Of a stretch of DNA of 64,000 bases, positions 1 to 10,545 are shown piece after piece (position 1 is the first letter of the stretch; each line of letters starts with the position of its first letter). Both the position numbers and the translations under genes were made by a program. Below the pieces are notes generated by a model. That model did not search any database and was not told the origin of the DNA. It saw only the letters and a program-made list of their open reading frames with translations. Origin of the DNA: a bacterium HR40 (GTDB taxonomy: Bacteria; Pseudomonadota; Alphaproteobacteria; Geminicoccales; Geminicoccaceae). The DNA is taken from assembly GCA_002898275.1 (NCBI GenBank), contig BEIQ01000001.1, positions 239,899 to 303,898 of the forward strand, read 5' to 3'.

Positions 1-267
1 CTCCACTTCGAATGCTGCTACTATCGTGCCATCGAGTTCGCGATCGCCAACCGGCTCGCCCGGGTAGAGGCCGGAGCCCAGGGTATGCACAAACTCCTGC
101 GCGGTTACGAGCCGGTGTGGACGTGGAGTGCCCACAAGTTCCGCGACCCGAAGCTGTCGGCCGGGGTCGCCGCCTTCGTGGCTCGCGAAGGGATGCGGCT
201 CGAGCGCGAATTCGCCGAACTCCGCTCGCTTCTCCCCTACGCTCGCGAGGCCGGCCGCACGGGTTAG
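1..267 (+). CDS. C-terminal fragment of a FemAB-like/GNAT-fold protein (COG3146 / PF04339-type); 5' end lies outside the window
   Basis: Frame 1 is open from base 1 to the stop at 265-267. The translation LHFECCYYRAIEFAIANRLARVEAGAQGMHKLLRGYEPVWTWSAHKF resembles the conserved C-terminal core I recall for this family (CYY..IE.AI ... GAQGEHK..RGY.P). Confidence 0.55.
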   Translation, partial: LHFECCYYRAIEFAIANRLARVEAGAQGMHKLLRGYEPVWTWSAHKFRDPKLSAGVAAFVAREGMRLEREFAELRSLLPYAREAGRTG

Positions 268-331
268 GCTCGCGAATCCGGCGCGTCGCGGCTAGAAGGC
301 CGGTGTCGGAGGCATCGAGACCGGAGGGTCC

Positions 332-2644
332 ATGGGCCAGTTCGGCATCGGTCAGGCCGTTTTGCGCAAGGAAGATTGGCGACTCGTCACCGGCCGGGGC
401 TGCTTTACCGACGATCTGCAGCCCGAGGGCTGTCTTCATGTCGCCTTCGTTCGCTCACCGCACGCCCATGCGGAAATCCGCGCCATGGATCTGTCGGCCG
501 CCCGTGCGGTGCCGGGGGTGGTGGCGGTGTTGACGATCGAGGATCTCGATGCCGCAGGCATCGGGCCGCTGCCGTGCATGACCCTCTACAAGAACCGCGA
601 CGGCTCGCCGATGGCGGAGCCAACGCGCCCGGTGCTCGCACGCGGGCGCGTGCGTTTCGTCGGCGACCCCGTCGTGGCGGTGATCGCGGAGAGTCGTCAT
701 GCCGCGCGCGACGGGGCGGAAGCGGTCGCCATCGACTGGGAACCGCTGCCGGCGGTGGTCGACCTCGCCCGTGCCTTCGACCCCGAGGCGCCGCAGATCT
801 GGCCCGAGGCGCCGGGCAATCTCGCCCTCGACTGGGAGATCGGCGACCCGCAGGCGGTGGATCGGCTGTTCGCCGAGGCGGAGCGGGTGATCGAGCTCGA
901 ACTCGTCAACAACCGCATCGTCGTCAACCCGCTCGAGACTCGCGCCTGTCTTGCCGAATACGACCCGGCGACGGATCGTCTGACGCTGACGGTGGGAAGC
1001 CAAGGCGTGCATTCGATGCAGGCCATCCTGGCGGAACGCGTGCTGCGAATCCCGAAGGAGAAGCTGCGGGTCAAAACCCACGACGTCGGCGGCGCCTTCG
1101 GCATGAAGATCTTCGTCTTTCCCGAATATCCGGTGTGCCTGCATGCGGCTCGACTGCTGCGGCGACCGGTCAAATGGGTGGCGGAGCGAAGCGAATCCTT
1201 CCTCGCCGACAGCCACGGTCGAGATCATCTCACGAGGGTCGCGATCGCGGTCGATCCCGATCACCGCATGACCGCCATCCGCGCCCAGGTCCAGGCCAAT
1301 CTCGGCGCTTACCTCTCGCAGTTCGGCCCGTTCATCCCGACCGAATGCGGCGCCCAGATGTACGTGGGAGTCTATCGCTTCCTGGCGGCGCACTTCCGCG
1401 TCCGTTGCGCGTTTACCAACACCCAGCCCGTCGATGCCTATCGTGGCGCCGGCAGGCCCGAGGCCAGCTACGCGGTGGAGCGGGCGGTCGACTATGTGGC
1501 TCGGGTCTTGGGCGAGGATCCCGTGGCGTTCCGCCGGCGCAACTTCATCCCGGCCTCCGCCATGCCCTACCGCACGGCCTTGGGCTATACGTACGATTCC
1601 GGGGATTTCGCGCGCCTCACCGAACTCGCTCTCGAGCGCGCCGATCTCGCCGGCTTTCCTGCCCGTCGTCGAGCGAGCGAGGCCCGGGGCGAGCTGCGCG
1701 GGCTGGGGATGGCCTATTACATCGAGCGTTGCGCCGGCGGTGCGGACGAGAGTGCGCGTGTCCAGGTCCTGCCCGAAGGGAGGGTGCGCATCTTCATCGG
1801 CACCATGAACAACGGTCAGGGGCACGAGACCGCCTATGCCCAGATCGTTTGCCACGCGCTCGGGGTGCCGTTCGATGCCGTCGACGTGATCCAGGGCGAT
1901 ACCGATCTCGTGCGCACCGGCCGCGGCACCGGTGGTTCGCGCTCGTTGCCAGTCGGGGGTGCAGCGCTCGAGCGGGGCGTGCGGGCAGTGCGCGAGCGGG
2001 CACGGCGGCTCGCGGCCGACATGCTGGAGGCATCGGAGGTCGACGTCGTCTTCGAGGAAGGACGTTTCCGAGTGGCCGGCACCGACCGCGCGGTGGGGCT
2101 GTTCGAGGTAGCCGCGCGCGCCGGCGAAGGCGGTCTCGACAAGACCGCGAGCTTCAAGCCGGACGTCCCCACGTTTCCGAACGGCTGCCACGTGTGCGAG
2201 GTCACCGTCGACCGGGAAACCGGCAGGGTCAGGATCGAGCGCTACACCGTCGTCGACGACGTCGGGGTCGTCCTCAATCCGCTCTTGCTCGCCGGCCAAG
2301 TGTATGGCGGCATTGCTCAGGGGGTGGGGCAAGCGCTGCTCGAGGAAGTGGTCTTCGACTCCGCGACCGGCCAGCTGCTTTCCGGCTCCCTCCTGGACTA
2401 TGCCCTGCCGCGTGCCGACGACCTGCCCGCGATCGACTTCTCCTACGTCGAGATCCCGTGCACCACCAACCCGCTCGGCCTCAAGGGCGCCGGCGAGGCG
2501 GGGGCGATCGGCGCACCGCCGGCGGTCATCAACGCGGTCGTCGACGCCCTGGCACCTCTCGGCATCCTCCACGTGGACATGCCAGCGACCCCGAAGCGGC
2601 TTTTCCGACTCCTGAGGTCGGCCAGCTCCGGTCGGGCCCGCTGA
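332..2644 (+). CDS. Xanthine dehydrogenase / CO dehydrogenase family molybdopterin-binding large subunit (form II CoxL-like)
   Basis: 770-aa ORF with GGAGGG just upstream of ATG 332. The N-terminus reads [22 protein letters not shown]. The active-site loop [12 protein letters not shown] carries the AYRGAGR variant, not the AYRCSFR of form I CODH. Confidence 0.9.
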   Translation: MGQFGIGQAVLRKEDWRLVTGRGCFTDDLQPEGCLHVAFVRSPHAHAEIRAMDLSAARAVPGVVAVLTIEDLDAAGIGPLPCMTLYKNRDGSPMAEPTRPVLARGRVRFVGDPVVAVIAESRHAARDGAEAVAIDWEPLPAVVDLARAFDPEAPQIWPEAPGNLALDWEIGDPQAVDRLFAEAERVIELELVNNRIVVNPLETRACLAEYDPATDRLTLTVGSQGVHSMQAILAERVLRIPKEKLRVKTHDVGGAFGMKIFVFPEYPVCLHAARLLRRPVKWVAERSESFLADSHGRDHLTRVAIAVDPDHRMTAIRAQVQANLGAYLSQFGPFIPTECGAQMYVGVYRFLAAHFRVRCAFTNTQPVDAYRGAGRPEASYAVERAVDYVARVLGEDPVAFRRRNFIPASAMPYRTALGYTYDSGDFARLTELALERADLAGFPARRRASEARGELRGLGMAYYIERCAGGADESARVQVLPEGRVRIFIGTMNNGQGHETAYAQIVCHALGVPFDAVDVIQGDTDLVRTGRGTGGSRSLPVGGAALERGVRAVRERARRLAADMLEASEVDVVFEEGRFRVAGTDRAVGLFEVAARAGEGGLDKTASFKPDVPTFPNGCHVCEVTVDRETGRVRIERYTVVDDVGVVLNPLLLAGQVYGGIAQGVGQALLEEVVFDSATGQLLSGSLLDYALPRADDLPAIDFSYVEIPCTTNPLGLKGAGEAGAIGAPPAVINAVVDALAPLGILHVDMPATPKRLFRLLRSASSGRAR

Positions 2645-2724
2645 GGCATCCTCGGGTGCGAGTTCCGCCGATCGCCGGCCGGGCCGGCCTGCGCTAAGCT
2701 CGTCGACAACATGCGGGAGTGGCG

Positions 2725-3894
2725 ATGGGCCTTTCGATCCTCATGGTGGCGGCCTGCCCGTTCCCCTCGAGGCGCGGCACGCCCCTGCGCGTCCAGCGGC
2801 TCGCCGAAGCCCTGATCCGCCGTGGCCACCGCGTCGAGATCGCCACCTACGCCGTGGCCGAGGTGGCGGAGGAGACGGGGCTGGTGGTTCGGCGTGCCGG
2901 AAGGCCGGAGGTGCGGCCGATGCCGCCGGGGCCCAACTGGCGAAAACTCCTCCTCGACCCGCGGCTCGCCCGACTGATCGGTCGCCGCCTCCGCGAAGGC
3001 CGCTTCGATCTCGTCCATGCCCACCACGTCGAGGGTGTGTTCGTGAGCGCGGCGGCCTGCCGACGCCACCGCCTGCCGCTCGTCTACGATGCCCACACCC
3101 TCGTCGGCACCGAACTCCCCACCTTTGCCCCGCGCCTGGCTCGGCCTCTCTCCCTCTTGGGCGGGCTCGTCGACCGGCTCGCTTGCCGTCTGGCCGATGG
3201 CGTCCTCGCCGTGACTCCGGACATTCGCGACGCTCTCGTGAATCGTCTCGGGGTCGCGGCGGATCGCGCCGTGGTGGCCATGAACGGGGTGGAGATCGAG
3301 ATCTTTCGCGCCGCCGATGTCGAGCCTGAGCCCGCAACCGTTTTCTACAGTGGCACCACCGCCGGCTACCAGGACCTCGATCTGTTGCTGCGCGCCTTCG
3401 CTCGGGCACGACGCGAGGCAACGGAGCTCCGGCTCGTCCTTTCGCTCTCGGGTGACGACAGCCAGCTCAAAGCCCTCGCCGGCGAACTCGGCATTGCCGA
3501 TGCCCTCACCATCGTGGCCGACTCCTTCGCCCGACTGCCCGACCGGCTCGCCCGCGCCGCGATAGTCGTCCTGCCGCGCACCCATTGCGACGGCATCCCG
3601 CAGAAATTGCTGAACTATATGGCAGCGGCGCGGCCGGTCGTGGTGAGCGCAGGATCGGCCAAGATCGGTCGCCACGGCGAGGAGCTCCTCGTGGTACCCA
3701 ACGGCGACGTCGCAGCCTTCGCGGCCGCCATCCTCCGGCTGCATCGCGACCCTGCCTTGGCCGAGCGGCTCGGGGCGGCGGCGCGACGCTTCGTCGAGGC
3801 CCGCTGCAGCTGGGAGGCGACGGCGATCGGCGCGGAAGGACTCTATGCCCGTCTGCTCGCTCCCGCCGCCGATCCGGCGGTCACGGGAGGCTGA
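2725..3894 (+). CDS. Glycosyltransferase family 4 (GT-B fold)
   Basis: The N-terminus [34 protein letters not shown] is typical of GT4. The C-terminal nucleotide-sugar region reads [22 protein letters not shown] 2725 is preferred over GTG 2719 because GGGAG ends 6 nt upstream of it. Confidence 0.85.
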   Translation: MGLSILMVAACPFPSRRGTPLRVQRLAEALIRRGHRVEIATYAVAEVAEETGLVVRRAGRPEVRPMPPGPNWRKLLLDPRLARLIGRRLREGRFDLVHAHHVEGVFVSAAACRRHRLPLVYDAHTLVGTELPTFAPRLARPLSLLGGLVDRLACRLADGVLAVTPDIRDALVNRLGVAADRAVVAMNGVEIEIFRAADVEPEPATVFYSGTTAGYQDLDLLLRAFARARREATELRLVLSLSGDDSQLKALAGELGIADALTIVADSFARLPDRLARAAIVVLPRTHCDGIPQKLLNYMAAARPVVVSAGSAKIGRHGEELLVVPNGDVAAFAAAILRLHRDPALAERLGAAARRFVEARCSWEATAIGAEGLYARLLAPAADPAVTGG

Positions 3895-5065
3895 AGAGCT
3901 CCGGCGCCAGACCGAGGCGGGCGAGATCGGCGGCGACTTCCTCGCGGTAGATGGCATTGGCGACGACCACGACATCGGGACGCAGATCGCGCAGCCTTTC
4001 CGGCGACACGATCTCGTGCCCGCTACCGGCGAGGAATTTCCCCCACTTGTAGGGGTTGATGTCGACCACCGCCTGGATCTCCGGGCCGAGCCCGAGAGTG
4101 GTGAGCAGCGACACCGCCTTCGAGCCCGAACCCCAAAGGGCGACTCGCCGACCGGCAGCGTACCAGCCGCGGATCCGGGAATCGAGCTCGGCCAGGGTCT
4201 GGCGCACCCCGGTCGCGAAGTCGGCGACCCATTCGCCTATGCGCCGGACAGCCTCGCGGTCGATCGCGGAAGGGCGAGCGGACGGTGTGGCCGCCGGGCG
4301 TGCCTCCAGCATGAGATATTGGTCGTCGTAGGCGCGATAGAGGCGGTCGATGGCAAAGCCGCAACGCCGGAACAAAGAGGCGAGGCTGGCGTCGGTGAAA
4401 TAGCTGCAGTGCTCGTAGTAGATGTCCCAAAATGCCCGTTCGCACAGCACCCGCTTCATGTCCGGAAGTTCAAAGAAGACGATGACATCTTTCCGCTCGC
4501 CGATGGTCGTGCGGATCTGAGAGACGAAGTCGTGTACGGGCTGGATATGCTCGAGAGTGTGACGGCAGGCGATGTAGTCGGCCTCGATATGGGCGTAGGC
4601 GGGACCGTAGAAGTCGCGGATGAAGGTCAGGCGATCGAGGGCGGGCGAGCGAATGCGCTCGGGCCGCACCCCCGGATCGATGCCGATGCCGCGCGCTCCC
4701 GTGCGCTCGCAGAGGAGGCACAGGAATTCGCCCTTGCCGCAGCCGATTTCCAGCACGGTGCGGTTGGCGAGGCCGAAACGCGCCGCGTGGTCGTCGACGA
4801 TCTCCTCGAGGAAGCGACGGAAGCGCGGCGAGAACGCTTGCGTCTCTTCGTAGTCGGGGGAATAGCCCTCGAGCGCCGGGTCGAAGAGACGGTTCTCGAT
4901 GAACCCACAGTCGCGACAGAAGACGAGCTCGAGATCGCCTCTGGGAAAGGCGAGGGCTTGTTCGCGAGTTCCCACCATGAGGCAGCTGTGTACCGGGATG
5001 CCGCGGAGTCGGTAGAAGGGCTCGAGGTCGCGGCTGCCGCAGGACTGACAGGTGTCGACGGGCAT
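3881..5065 (-). CDS. NDP-hexose C-methyltransferase family protein (TylCIII-type: Zn-ribbon + class I SAM MTase + C-terminal C-MT domain)
   Basis: 394 aa. It has an N-terminal Cys4 motif (CQSCGS...CRDCG), the SAM motif VLEIGCGKG, and a C-terminal Rossmann-like segment [14 protein letters not shown]...[12 protein letters not shown]. It is a paralogue of the adjacent gene. Confidence 0.85.
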   Translation of the reverse strand: MPVDTCQSCGSRDLEPFYRLRGIPVHSCLMVGTREQALAFPRGDLELVFCRDCGFIENRLFDPALEGYSPDYEETQAFSPRFRRFLEEIVDDHAARFGLANRTVLEIGCGKGEFLCLLCERTGARGIGIDPGVRPERIRSPALDRLTFIRDFYGPAYAHIEADYIACRHTLEHIQPVHDFVSQIRTTIGERKDVIVFFELPDMKRVLCERAFWDIYYEHCSYFTDASLASLFRRCGFAIDRLYRAYDDQYLMLEARPAATPSARPSAIDREAVRRIGEWVADFATGVRQTLAELDSRIRGWYAAGRRVALWGSGSKAVSLLTTLGLGPEIQAVVDINPYKWGKFLAGSGHEIVSPERLRDLRPDVVVVANAIYREEVAADLARLGLAPELFSLP

Positions 5066-5098
5066 GGGTGTCGGGATCCGGGCTTTCGAGAGGAGGAG

Positions 5099-6334
5099 CT
5101 AGAGGATCTCAGGGTCGGGAACCGGCACCACGAACCTTCCGCCACGCGCCCGAAAGGCCTGCTGCTGGCGGAGGATCTCGTCGGTGATGTTCCAGGAGAG
5201 GATCAAAAGATAGTCCGGTGGGTCGGCGAGGATCGCCTCGGGCGGACGGATCGCCAGTCGCACACCCGGGATATAGCGTCCCTGCTTGTGCGGGTTCCGG
5301 TCCACCACATAGTCGAGGAACCGCGCGTCGATGCCGCAGTAATTGAGCAAGATGGTGCCCTTGGCAGCAGCTCCGTAGCCGACGATCCGGGCGCCTTGCC
5401 GCTTCAACTCCGTCAAAAGCGCGAGGAGCTTCGCCCGCAGCGCCTCGATCCGTTCCCCGAAGCGGACATAGAAGGCAAAACGGTCGATCCCTGCCGCCCG
5501 TTCCTCCTCGAGGAGCGTCTCCACGCCCGAATCCGGATGGCCGCACGGGGTAACGAACAGCCGCAGCGAGCCGCCATGGATGGGCAGCCGCTCGACCCGA
5601 GCCAACACGAGCCCGTGCCGGGCGAACAGGGTCCTCGCGGCGTGCACCGAGAAATAACACAAATGCTCGTGGTAGATCGTGTCGAAGGCCGTCTTCTCGA
5701 CGAGATCGCGCACATAGGGGACCTCGATCACTGCCACGCCCTCCGGCTTCAGGAGCGTGGCGAGACCGGCGACGAAACCGTTGGTATCGGCCACATGGGC
5801 GAGCACATTGTTGGCATGGATGACGTCCGCCTGACGACCCTCGGCGCGAAGGCGGAGGGCGAGGTCGAGGCCGAAGAAGGTCACGAGGGTGTCGATGCCG
5901 CGCCGTCGGGCCTCGGCAGCCGGCCCGGGTGCAGGATCGATGCCCAGGACGGGAATGCCGCGCGCCCGGTAGAACTGCAGCAGATAGCCGTCGTTGCTCG
6001 CGATCTCGACCACCAGCGAGCGGGGCCCGAGCCGGCCTTCGGCGAGGCGGGCCTCCACATTGGCCCGGGCGTTGTCGACCACGGTCTCCGACACCGAGGA
6101 GAAGTAGGGATAGTCGCTGTCGAAGAGGATTTCGGGTGCCACCGTGTGCTCGATCTGGACGAGCGTACAGTCCTCGCAGAAGGCGACATCGAGGGGAAAG
6201 CGCGGCTCGGGCGAAGCGAGCTGATCGGACCGCAAGAAGCCGTCCGAAAGGGGCATGTCCCCGAGGGAAAGGAAGCGTCGCAGCTGGCGAGAGCCGCAGC
6301 TGCGGCAGCCTTCGATGCGAACGACCTCGCTCAT
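5099..6334 (-). CDS. NDP-hexose C-methyltransferase family protein (TylCIII-type)
   Basis: The real start is taken at [15 protein letters not shown] (ATG complement 6332-6334); the longer upstream ORF is Arg-rich. It has the Cys4 motif CRSCGS...CEDC, the segment VVEIASNDG, and the C-terminal [14 protein letters not shown]...[12 protein letters not shown]. The start overlaps the stop of the upstream SDR gene by 4 nt. Confidence 0.88.
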   Translation of the reverse strand: MSEVVRIEGCRSCGSRQLRRFLSLGDMPLSDGFLRSDQLASPEPRFPLDVAFCEDCTLVQIEHTVAPEILFDSDYPYFSSVSETVVDNARANVEARLAEGRLGPRSLVVEIASNDGYLLQFYRARGIPVLGIDPAPGPAAEARRRGIDTLVTFFGLDLALRLRAEGRQADVIHANNVLAHVADTNGFVAGLATLLKPEGVAVIEVPYVRDLVEKTAFDTIYHEHLCYFSVHAARTLFARHGLVLARVERLPIHGGSLRLFVTPCGHPDSGVETLLEEERAAGIDRFAFYVRFGERIEALRAKLLALLTELKRQGARIVGYGAAAKGTILLNYCGIDARFLDYVVDRNPHKQGRYIPGVRLAIRPPEAILADPPDYLLILSWNITDEILRQQQAFRARGGRFVVPVPDPEIL

Positions 6335-7362
6335 GCCGCACGCAGCCAGCGGAGATCGCGCGTGAGCCGGCCTGCACCCTGCAGCGCCCGGATATGGTCG
6401 AGGCGAATGAAGCGCGGCCCTGGGAAGCTCGTGGCGTCGATGCCATGTTCCAAAAAGGCGCGATAGACCTGCTCGATGCCCCGCCGCACCGTCCATCGCG
6501 TGCGAAAGCTCGGCACCCGCGCTGGCAGCTTGTCGCAGTTGACGCGGTAGTTGCGAATGTCGGCGCTGGCCCCGGGTGCGAAGGTCACTTCGGCGTTTCC
6601 GACCACTTCCGCGACCATGGTGGCGACCTCGCGCACGCGGTAGTTCTCGCTGGTGGCGCCGACGTTGAAGGCCTCGTTCCACACCGCCTCGCGCGGCGCT
6701 TCGAGGACGGCGAGGAAGGCGCGGGCGATGTCTTCGATGTGGACGAGCGGTCGCCACGGCATGCCGTCGCTCTTGATCAGCACTTTGCCGGTGGTGACCG
6801 CGTAGCCCACGAGATTGTTGACCACGAGGTCCCCGCGCAGCCGCGTCGAGACGCCGTAGGCGGTGGCACTGCGCAAGAACACGGGAGTGAAGGAATCGTC
6901 GGCGAGCTTCGCCACATCCCGTTCCGTCCACACCTTGCTCTCGGCATAGGGGGTGACGGGATTGAAGGGGGCCGTCTCGTCGAGGATATCGTCGCCCGCG
7001 GCCCCATAGTTGCTACAGGACGACGCGAAAACGAAACGCTCCACTCCCGCCCGCTTGGCGAGTTCGGCGAGACGTACCGAGGCCCGCCAGTTGACGGCGT
7101 AGGTGATCTCGGGGTCGAGATTGCCGTGCGGGTCGTTGGAGATGCCTGCCAAGTGCAGGACGGCGTCGAAGCCCCGCAGGTCCGCGAGTTCGACGTCGCG
7201 GACATCCCGCCGCAGCACCGGAACGTCGAGGGGGCTCGGTCCGAAACCGCAATCGGCGAACAGGAAGCTGTCGAGACCGGTCACCTCGTGGCCACGCTCG
7301 AGCAGCATGGGCACGAGGACGTGACCGATGTACCCGTCATGACCCGTCACCAGGACGCGCAT
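6331..7362 (-). CDS. Extended SDR, NAD-dependent epimerase/dehydratase family (epimerase/reductase-like catalytic signature)
   Basis: The start is taken at [16 protein letters not shown] (GxxGxxG). The catalytic region reads ASSCSNYG ... TPYAESK (S + YxxxK). The TDE-type motif of 4,6-dehydratases is not evident. Confidence 0.85.
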   Translation of the reverse strand: MRVLVTGHDGYIGHVLVPMLLERGHEVTGLDSFLFADCGFGPSPLDVPVLRRDVRDVELADLRGFDAVLHLAGISNDPHGNLDPEITYAVNWRASVRLAELAKRAGVERFVFASSCSNYGAAGDDILDETAPFNPVTPYAESKVWTERDVAKLADDSFTPVFLRSATAYGVSTRLRGDLVVNNLVGYAVTTGKVLIKSDGMPWRPLVHIEDIARAFLAVLEAPREAVWNEAFNVGATSENYRVREVATMVAEVVGNAEVTFAPGASADIRNYRVNCDKLPARVPSFRTRWTVRRGIEQVYRAFLEHGIDATSFPGPRFIRLDHIRALQGAGRLTRDLRWLRAA

Positions 7363-7367
7363 GCGCG

Positions 7368-8138
7368 CTACTCCCAAATCTTCCACGGGGCCTCGCCGCT
7401 CTCCCACAGTTTCTCGAGCCGCACCTTGTCGCGCAGCGTGTCCATGCATTGCCAGAAGCCTTCGTGCCGGAAGGCCATGAGCTGGCCGTCCCGGGCGAGG
7501 TTCTCGAGCGGTTCCTTCTCGAACTGGGTATGATCGCCCTCGATATAGTCGAACACCCCGGGTTCCAGCACGAAAAAGGCGCCGTTGATCCAGCCCTCGC
7601 GCATCTGCGGCTTTTCCTCGAACGAGACCACTTGGTCGCCGTCGAGTTCGAGCCGTCCGAAACGCGCCGGCGGCCGCACGGCGGTGACGGTGGCGAGCCG
7701 ACCATGCCGGCGGTGGAAGGCGAGGAGCTTATGGAGATTGACCGTGGAAACTCCGTCCCCCCAAGTGAGCATGAAGGTCTCCTTGCCAATCCGCGGAGCA
7801 AGCCGCTTGATGCGACCGCCGGTATTGGTGTTGATGCCGGTATCGACCAGCTCCACCACCCAGTCCTGTTCGTGTCGGCTTTCCGTTATCACCTCGCCGG
7901 TGCCGAGCTTGACGGTGATGTCGCTATTGAGGGCACAATAGTCTACCATGTATTTCTTGATATACTCGCCCTTGTAGCCGAGAGCGATGACGAAGTGCTT
8001 GAAACCGTACCATGAATAATGCATCATGATATGCCAGAGAATGGGACGGCCGCCGATCTCCACCATCGGCTTGGGCTTCAGTACCGTCTCCTCCGACAGC
8101 CGCGAGCCCACTCCGCCCGCCAGGATCGCAACTTTCAC
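7368..8138 (-). CDS. rfbF: Glucose-1-phosphate cytidylyltransferase
   Basis: The GTG start at 8136-8138 (complement) is preceded by GGGAG. The sequence [61 protein letters not shown] is the highly conserved RfbF/DdhA N-terminus. 256 aa. Confidence 0.92.
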   Translation of the reverse strand: MKVAILAGGVGSRLSEETVLKPKPMVEIGGRPILWHIMMHYSWYGFKHFVIALGYKGEYIKKYMVDYCALNSDITVKLGTGEVITESRHEQDWVVELVDTGINTNTGGRIKRLAPRIGKETFMLTWGDGVSTVNLHKLLAFHRRHGRLATVTAVRPPARFGRLELDGDQVVSFEEKPQMREGWINGAFFVLEPGVFDYIEGDHTQFEKEPLENLARDGQLMAFRHEGFWQCMDTLRDKVRLEKLWESGEAPWKIWE

Positions 8139-8257
8139 GGCACGTACTCCCGACGCCGAGACAGGTTCTCGTTCCGATCCCGCGCAGCAATAGCCCCTCG
8201 ACTGCACCTTGCACAAGACGACAGAGACGCACCGAGGTGTCGATCGGGCCAGCTCCC

Positions 8258-8857
8258 TCAGCGCGGTGCCGCCCTCACCGCGGCCGCCATCTCCTGCGCC
8301 AGCAGGCTGACCGTTTCGCTCAATGCCGCCACCAGCGCTTCCGTGTCCGCGCCGGTGACCGGGCGGTCGATGCGGCTGCGGCGGGAGATCAGCCACTGAC
8401 CGTCCCGTTCGCGTATCAGGGTCCAGCGCGCGTCGAGGCGCGCTTCCCCGGTCGGGGTCGCTTCGAAGGCGAGCACCTCGAGCTGCAGCCGGAAGGCCAG
8501 GGGTGTGGGAGTGTCGGCGGGAAGCAGGCGCACTTCGTTTGCAGGGAGCAGCGCTTCGAGATCGTCGGCGAGCACGCGTCCCAGGTGCTCGGCGAGCGGC
8601 TCGGGCCAGCTGTCGCGGTCGGCGAGCTCGAGCCGATGGGAGCCGCTGCGGCGGACCAGCTGGGAGCGATCGAGATAGCGCGCCACCGTCACCGGGCCGA
8701 GGCCGATCGCTTCCCGATATGGAACGGTTCCCGGTGGGTGGGGTGCGATCGGCCCCAAGGTCCAATAGCGCGCCGGCGCGGCGGGCGGTGGCGTGCAGCC
8801 GCCACCGACCAGCAGCGCGAGGGGGAGGACGGTCAGGACGGTGCGTCGGCGGATCAT
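8258..8857 (-). CDS. PqiC-type (DUF330/YmbA-like) ABC-transport auxiliary lipoprotein
   Basis: The signal peptide ends in the lipobox-like LLVGGGC. The size (199 aa) and position immediately downstream of pqiB, with a 4-nt overlap, fit PqiC. Confidence 0.75.
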   Translation of the reverse strand: MIRRRTVLTVLPLALLVGGGCTPPPAAPARYWTLGPIAPHPPGTVPYREAIGLGPVTVARYLDRSQLVRRSGSHRLELADRDSWPEPLAEHLGRVLADDLEALLPANEVRLLPADTPTPLAFRLQLEVLAFEATPTGEARLDARWTLIRERDGQWLISRRSRIDRPVTGADTEALVAALSETVSLLAQEMAAAVRAAPR

Positions 8858-10545
8858 GGGGCTCTGCCGCGGATGAGGGCCTGCGGATTGCGCTCGAGAT
8901 AATCCGCGAGATCGCGAAGAGCGCGTGCCGCCGCTGCCACTTCTCGGGTGACTTGGGCGAGATCGTGGCGCAGGCGCGAGTCCGGGCCGAGGAACTCGCG
9001 GGTGGTCGCGAAGGCGGCTTCGGCTTCGCTAGCCGCTCGCCCCGTCCGCTCGGCCGCCGCGCGCAGGCCGGCGACCAAGGGGCCGAGTTCGGATTCGAGC
9101 CGTTCGGCAGTGCGGGCGAGAACCGCGGTCGCTCGCTCGATCGCCGTCAGCGCACCGCCCAGGCGGGGATCGCGCAACAGCCCGCGCAGGTCGGTGATCG
9201 CCCCTTGCAGCTCTTGCACCACGGCGTCGAGCGGCAAGGCGGCAAAGCGCTCGAGCGCGCCTTGGAGAGAAGCGGTGAGCGCCTCGAGCTCCGGCGGCAC
9301 GGTGGGCAGAACCGGCAGGTCACCCGAGAGGTCGAGCCTGGCCGGCGGGGCGTTGGCGAAGAAGTCGAGTCCCACCACCAGTTCGCCCGTGAGGAGATTG
9401 CTCGACTCGAGCCGGGCGCGGAGGCCGCGGCTGACCAGCTCGGCCACGGCGTCGAGATCGAGGGTGGATGCGCCCTCGCCCTGCACGAGCCCGAAGCGCT
9501 GGAGCTGCACCTCGATGACCACCGGCACTCGCACTTCCGTGGTGCGCGGGTCGAAGTGCAGGCCGACGCTCGTCACCCTACCGACGGGCATGCCGCGGAA
9601 CTCCACCCGCGAGCCCGGCCTCAGTCCCCTGACCGAGCTCTCGAAATAGACGAGGAACGGTTGGCCGCGGGCGAGACTCTCCTCCTCGAGGCTGCGTTCG
9701 CTCGCATGCAGGGGAAAGCGCGCTCCTTCCGGCGCGGGCTCGGCATCCGGCCGCGGACTGTCGAAGGCGATACCCCCGGTCAGGAGCGCCTGGACGGATT
9801 GCAAGCGCAGATACACACCACCTCCCGCGGTCCCGAATTCCACCCCGCCGGCGTGCCAGAACCGGCTGTAGGGGGTGACGAGACGGTCGAAGGGCGAGCG
9901 CACGTACACGAGCACGCGGACGCTGCCGCTGTCTTGGGCAAGCTCGACCCCGAGCACCCGGCCCACTTCGATGCCGCGGAAATAGACGGGCGAGCCACGG
10001 TCGACGCCCGCGAGAGCGTCGGCTTCGAGCACGAATCTTCGCCCCGGCTCGTCGAGCCGGATCGGTGGCGGCTCGTCGAGCCCGCGGAAGTGCCGGGCGG
10101 TCTCCGCGGCGCGTCCCGGATCGACCTCCACATAGGCGCCGGAAATGAGAGTGCCGAGGCCGCTCACGCCGCCCACTCCGACCCGCGGCCGCACCACCCA
10201 GAAGCGGGAATCGGCGGCGAGCAGCCGCTCGGCGCCGCGAACGAAGCGCGCCGTGACCACGACCCCCGAGAGATCGGAGGCGATCTGCAGCCGCTCCACC
10301 GTGCCCACCTCGACCTCGCGGTACTTCACCTTGGTCTTCCCCGGCTCGAGACCCTCGCCGGTACGGAAGGTGATGGTCACCGCTGGCCCGCGTTCGGCGA
10401 GCGTGGTCCACACCAGCCAGCCCGCTACCAGTGCCGCCACGAAGGGGATCGCCCAGATCAGCGATAGGCGGGTGACGCGGCTGGCGCGCGCTTCCGGCAG
10501 CCACTCGTCGGCGCCATCCTCATGGACGTTCGGGGCTTCGGCCAT
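8854..10545 (-). CDS. pqiB: PqiB / MlaD (MCE) family intermembrane transport protein
   Basis: 563 aa with an N-terminal TM segment (LSLIWAIPFVAALVAGWLVW) followed by repeated MCE-like segments (GLEPGKTKVKYREVEVGTV, GSPVYFRGIEVGRV, GSRVEFRGMPVGRV). Confidence 0.88.
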   Translation of the reverse strand: MAEAPNVHEDGADEWLPEARASRVTRLSLIWAIPFVAALVAGWLVWTTLAERGPAVTITFRTGEGLEPGKTKVKYREVEVGTVERLQIASDLSGVVVTARFVRGAERLLAADSRFWVVRPRVGVGGVSGLGTLISGAYVEVDPGRAAETARHFRGLDEPPPIRLDEPGRRFVLEADALAGVDRGSPVYFRGIEVGRVLGVELAQDSGSVRVLVYVRSPFDRLVTPYSRFWHAGGVEFGTAGGGVYLRLQSVQALLTGGIAFDSPRPDAEPAPEGARFPLHASERSLEEESLARGQPFLVYFESSVRGLRPGSRVEFRGMPVGRVTSVGLHFDPRTTEVRVPVVIEVQLQRFGLVQGEGASTLDLDAVAELVSRGLRARLESSNLLTGELVVGLDFFANAPPARLDLSGDLPVLPTVPPELEALTASLQGALERFAALPLDAVVQELQGAITDLRGLLRDPRLGGALTAIERATAVLARTAERLESELGPLVAGLRAAAERTGRAASEAEAAFATTREFLGPDSRLRHDLAQVTREVAAAARALRDLADYLERNPQALIRGRAP

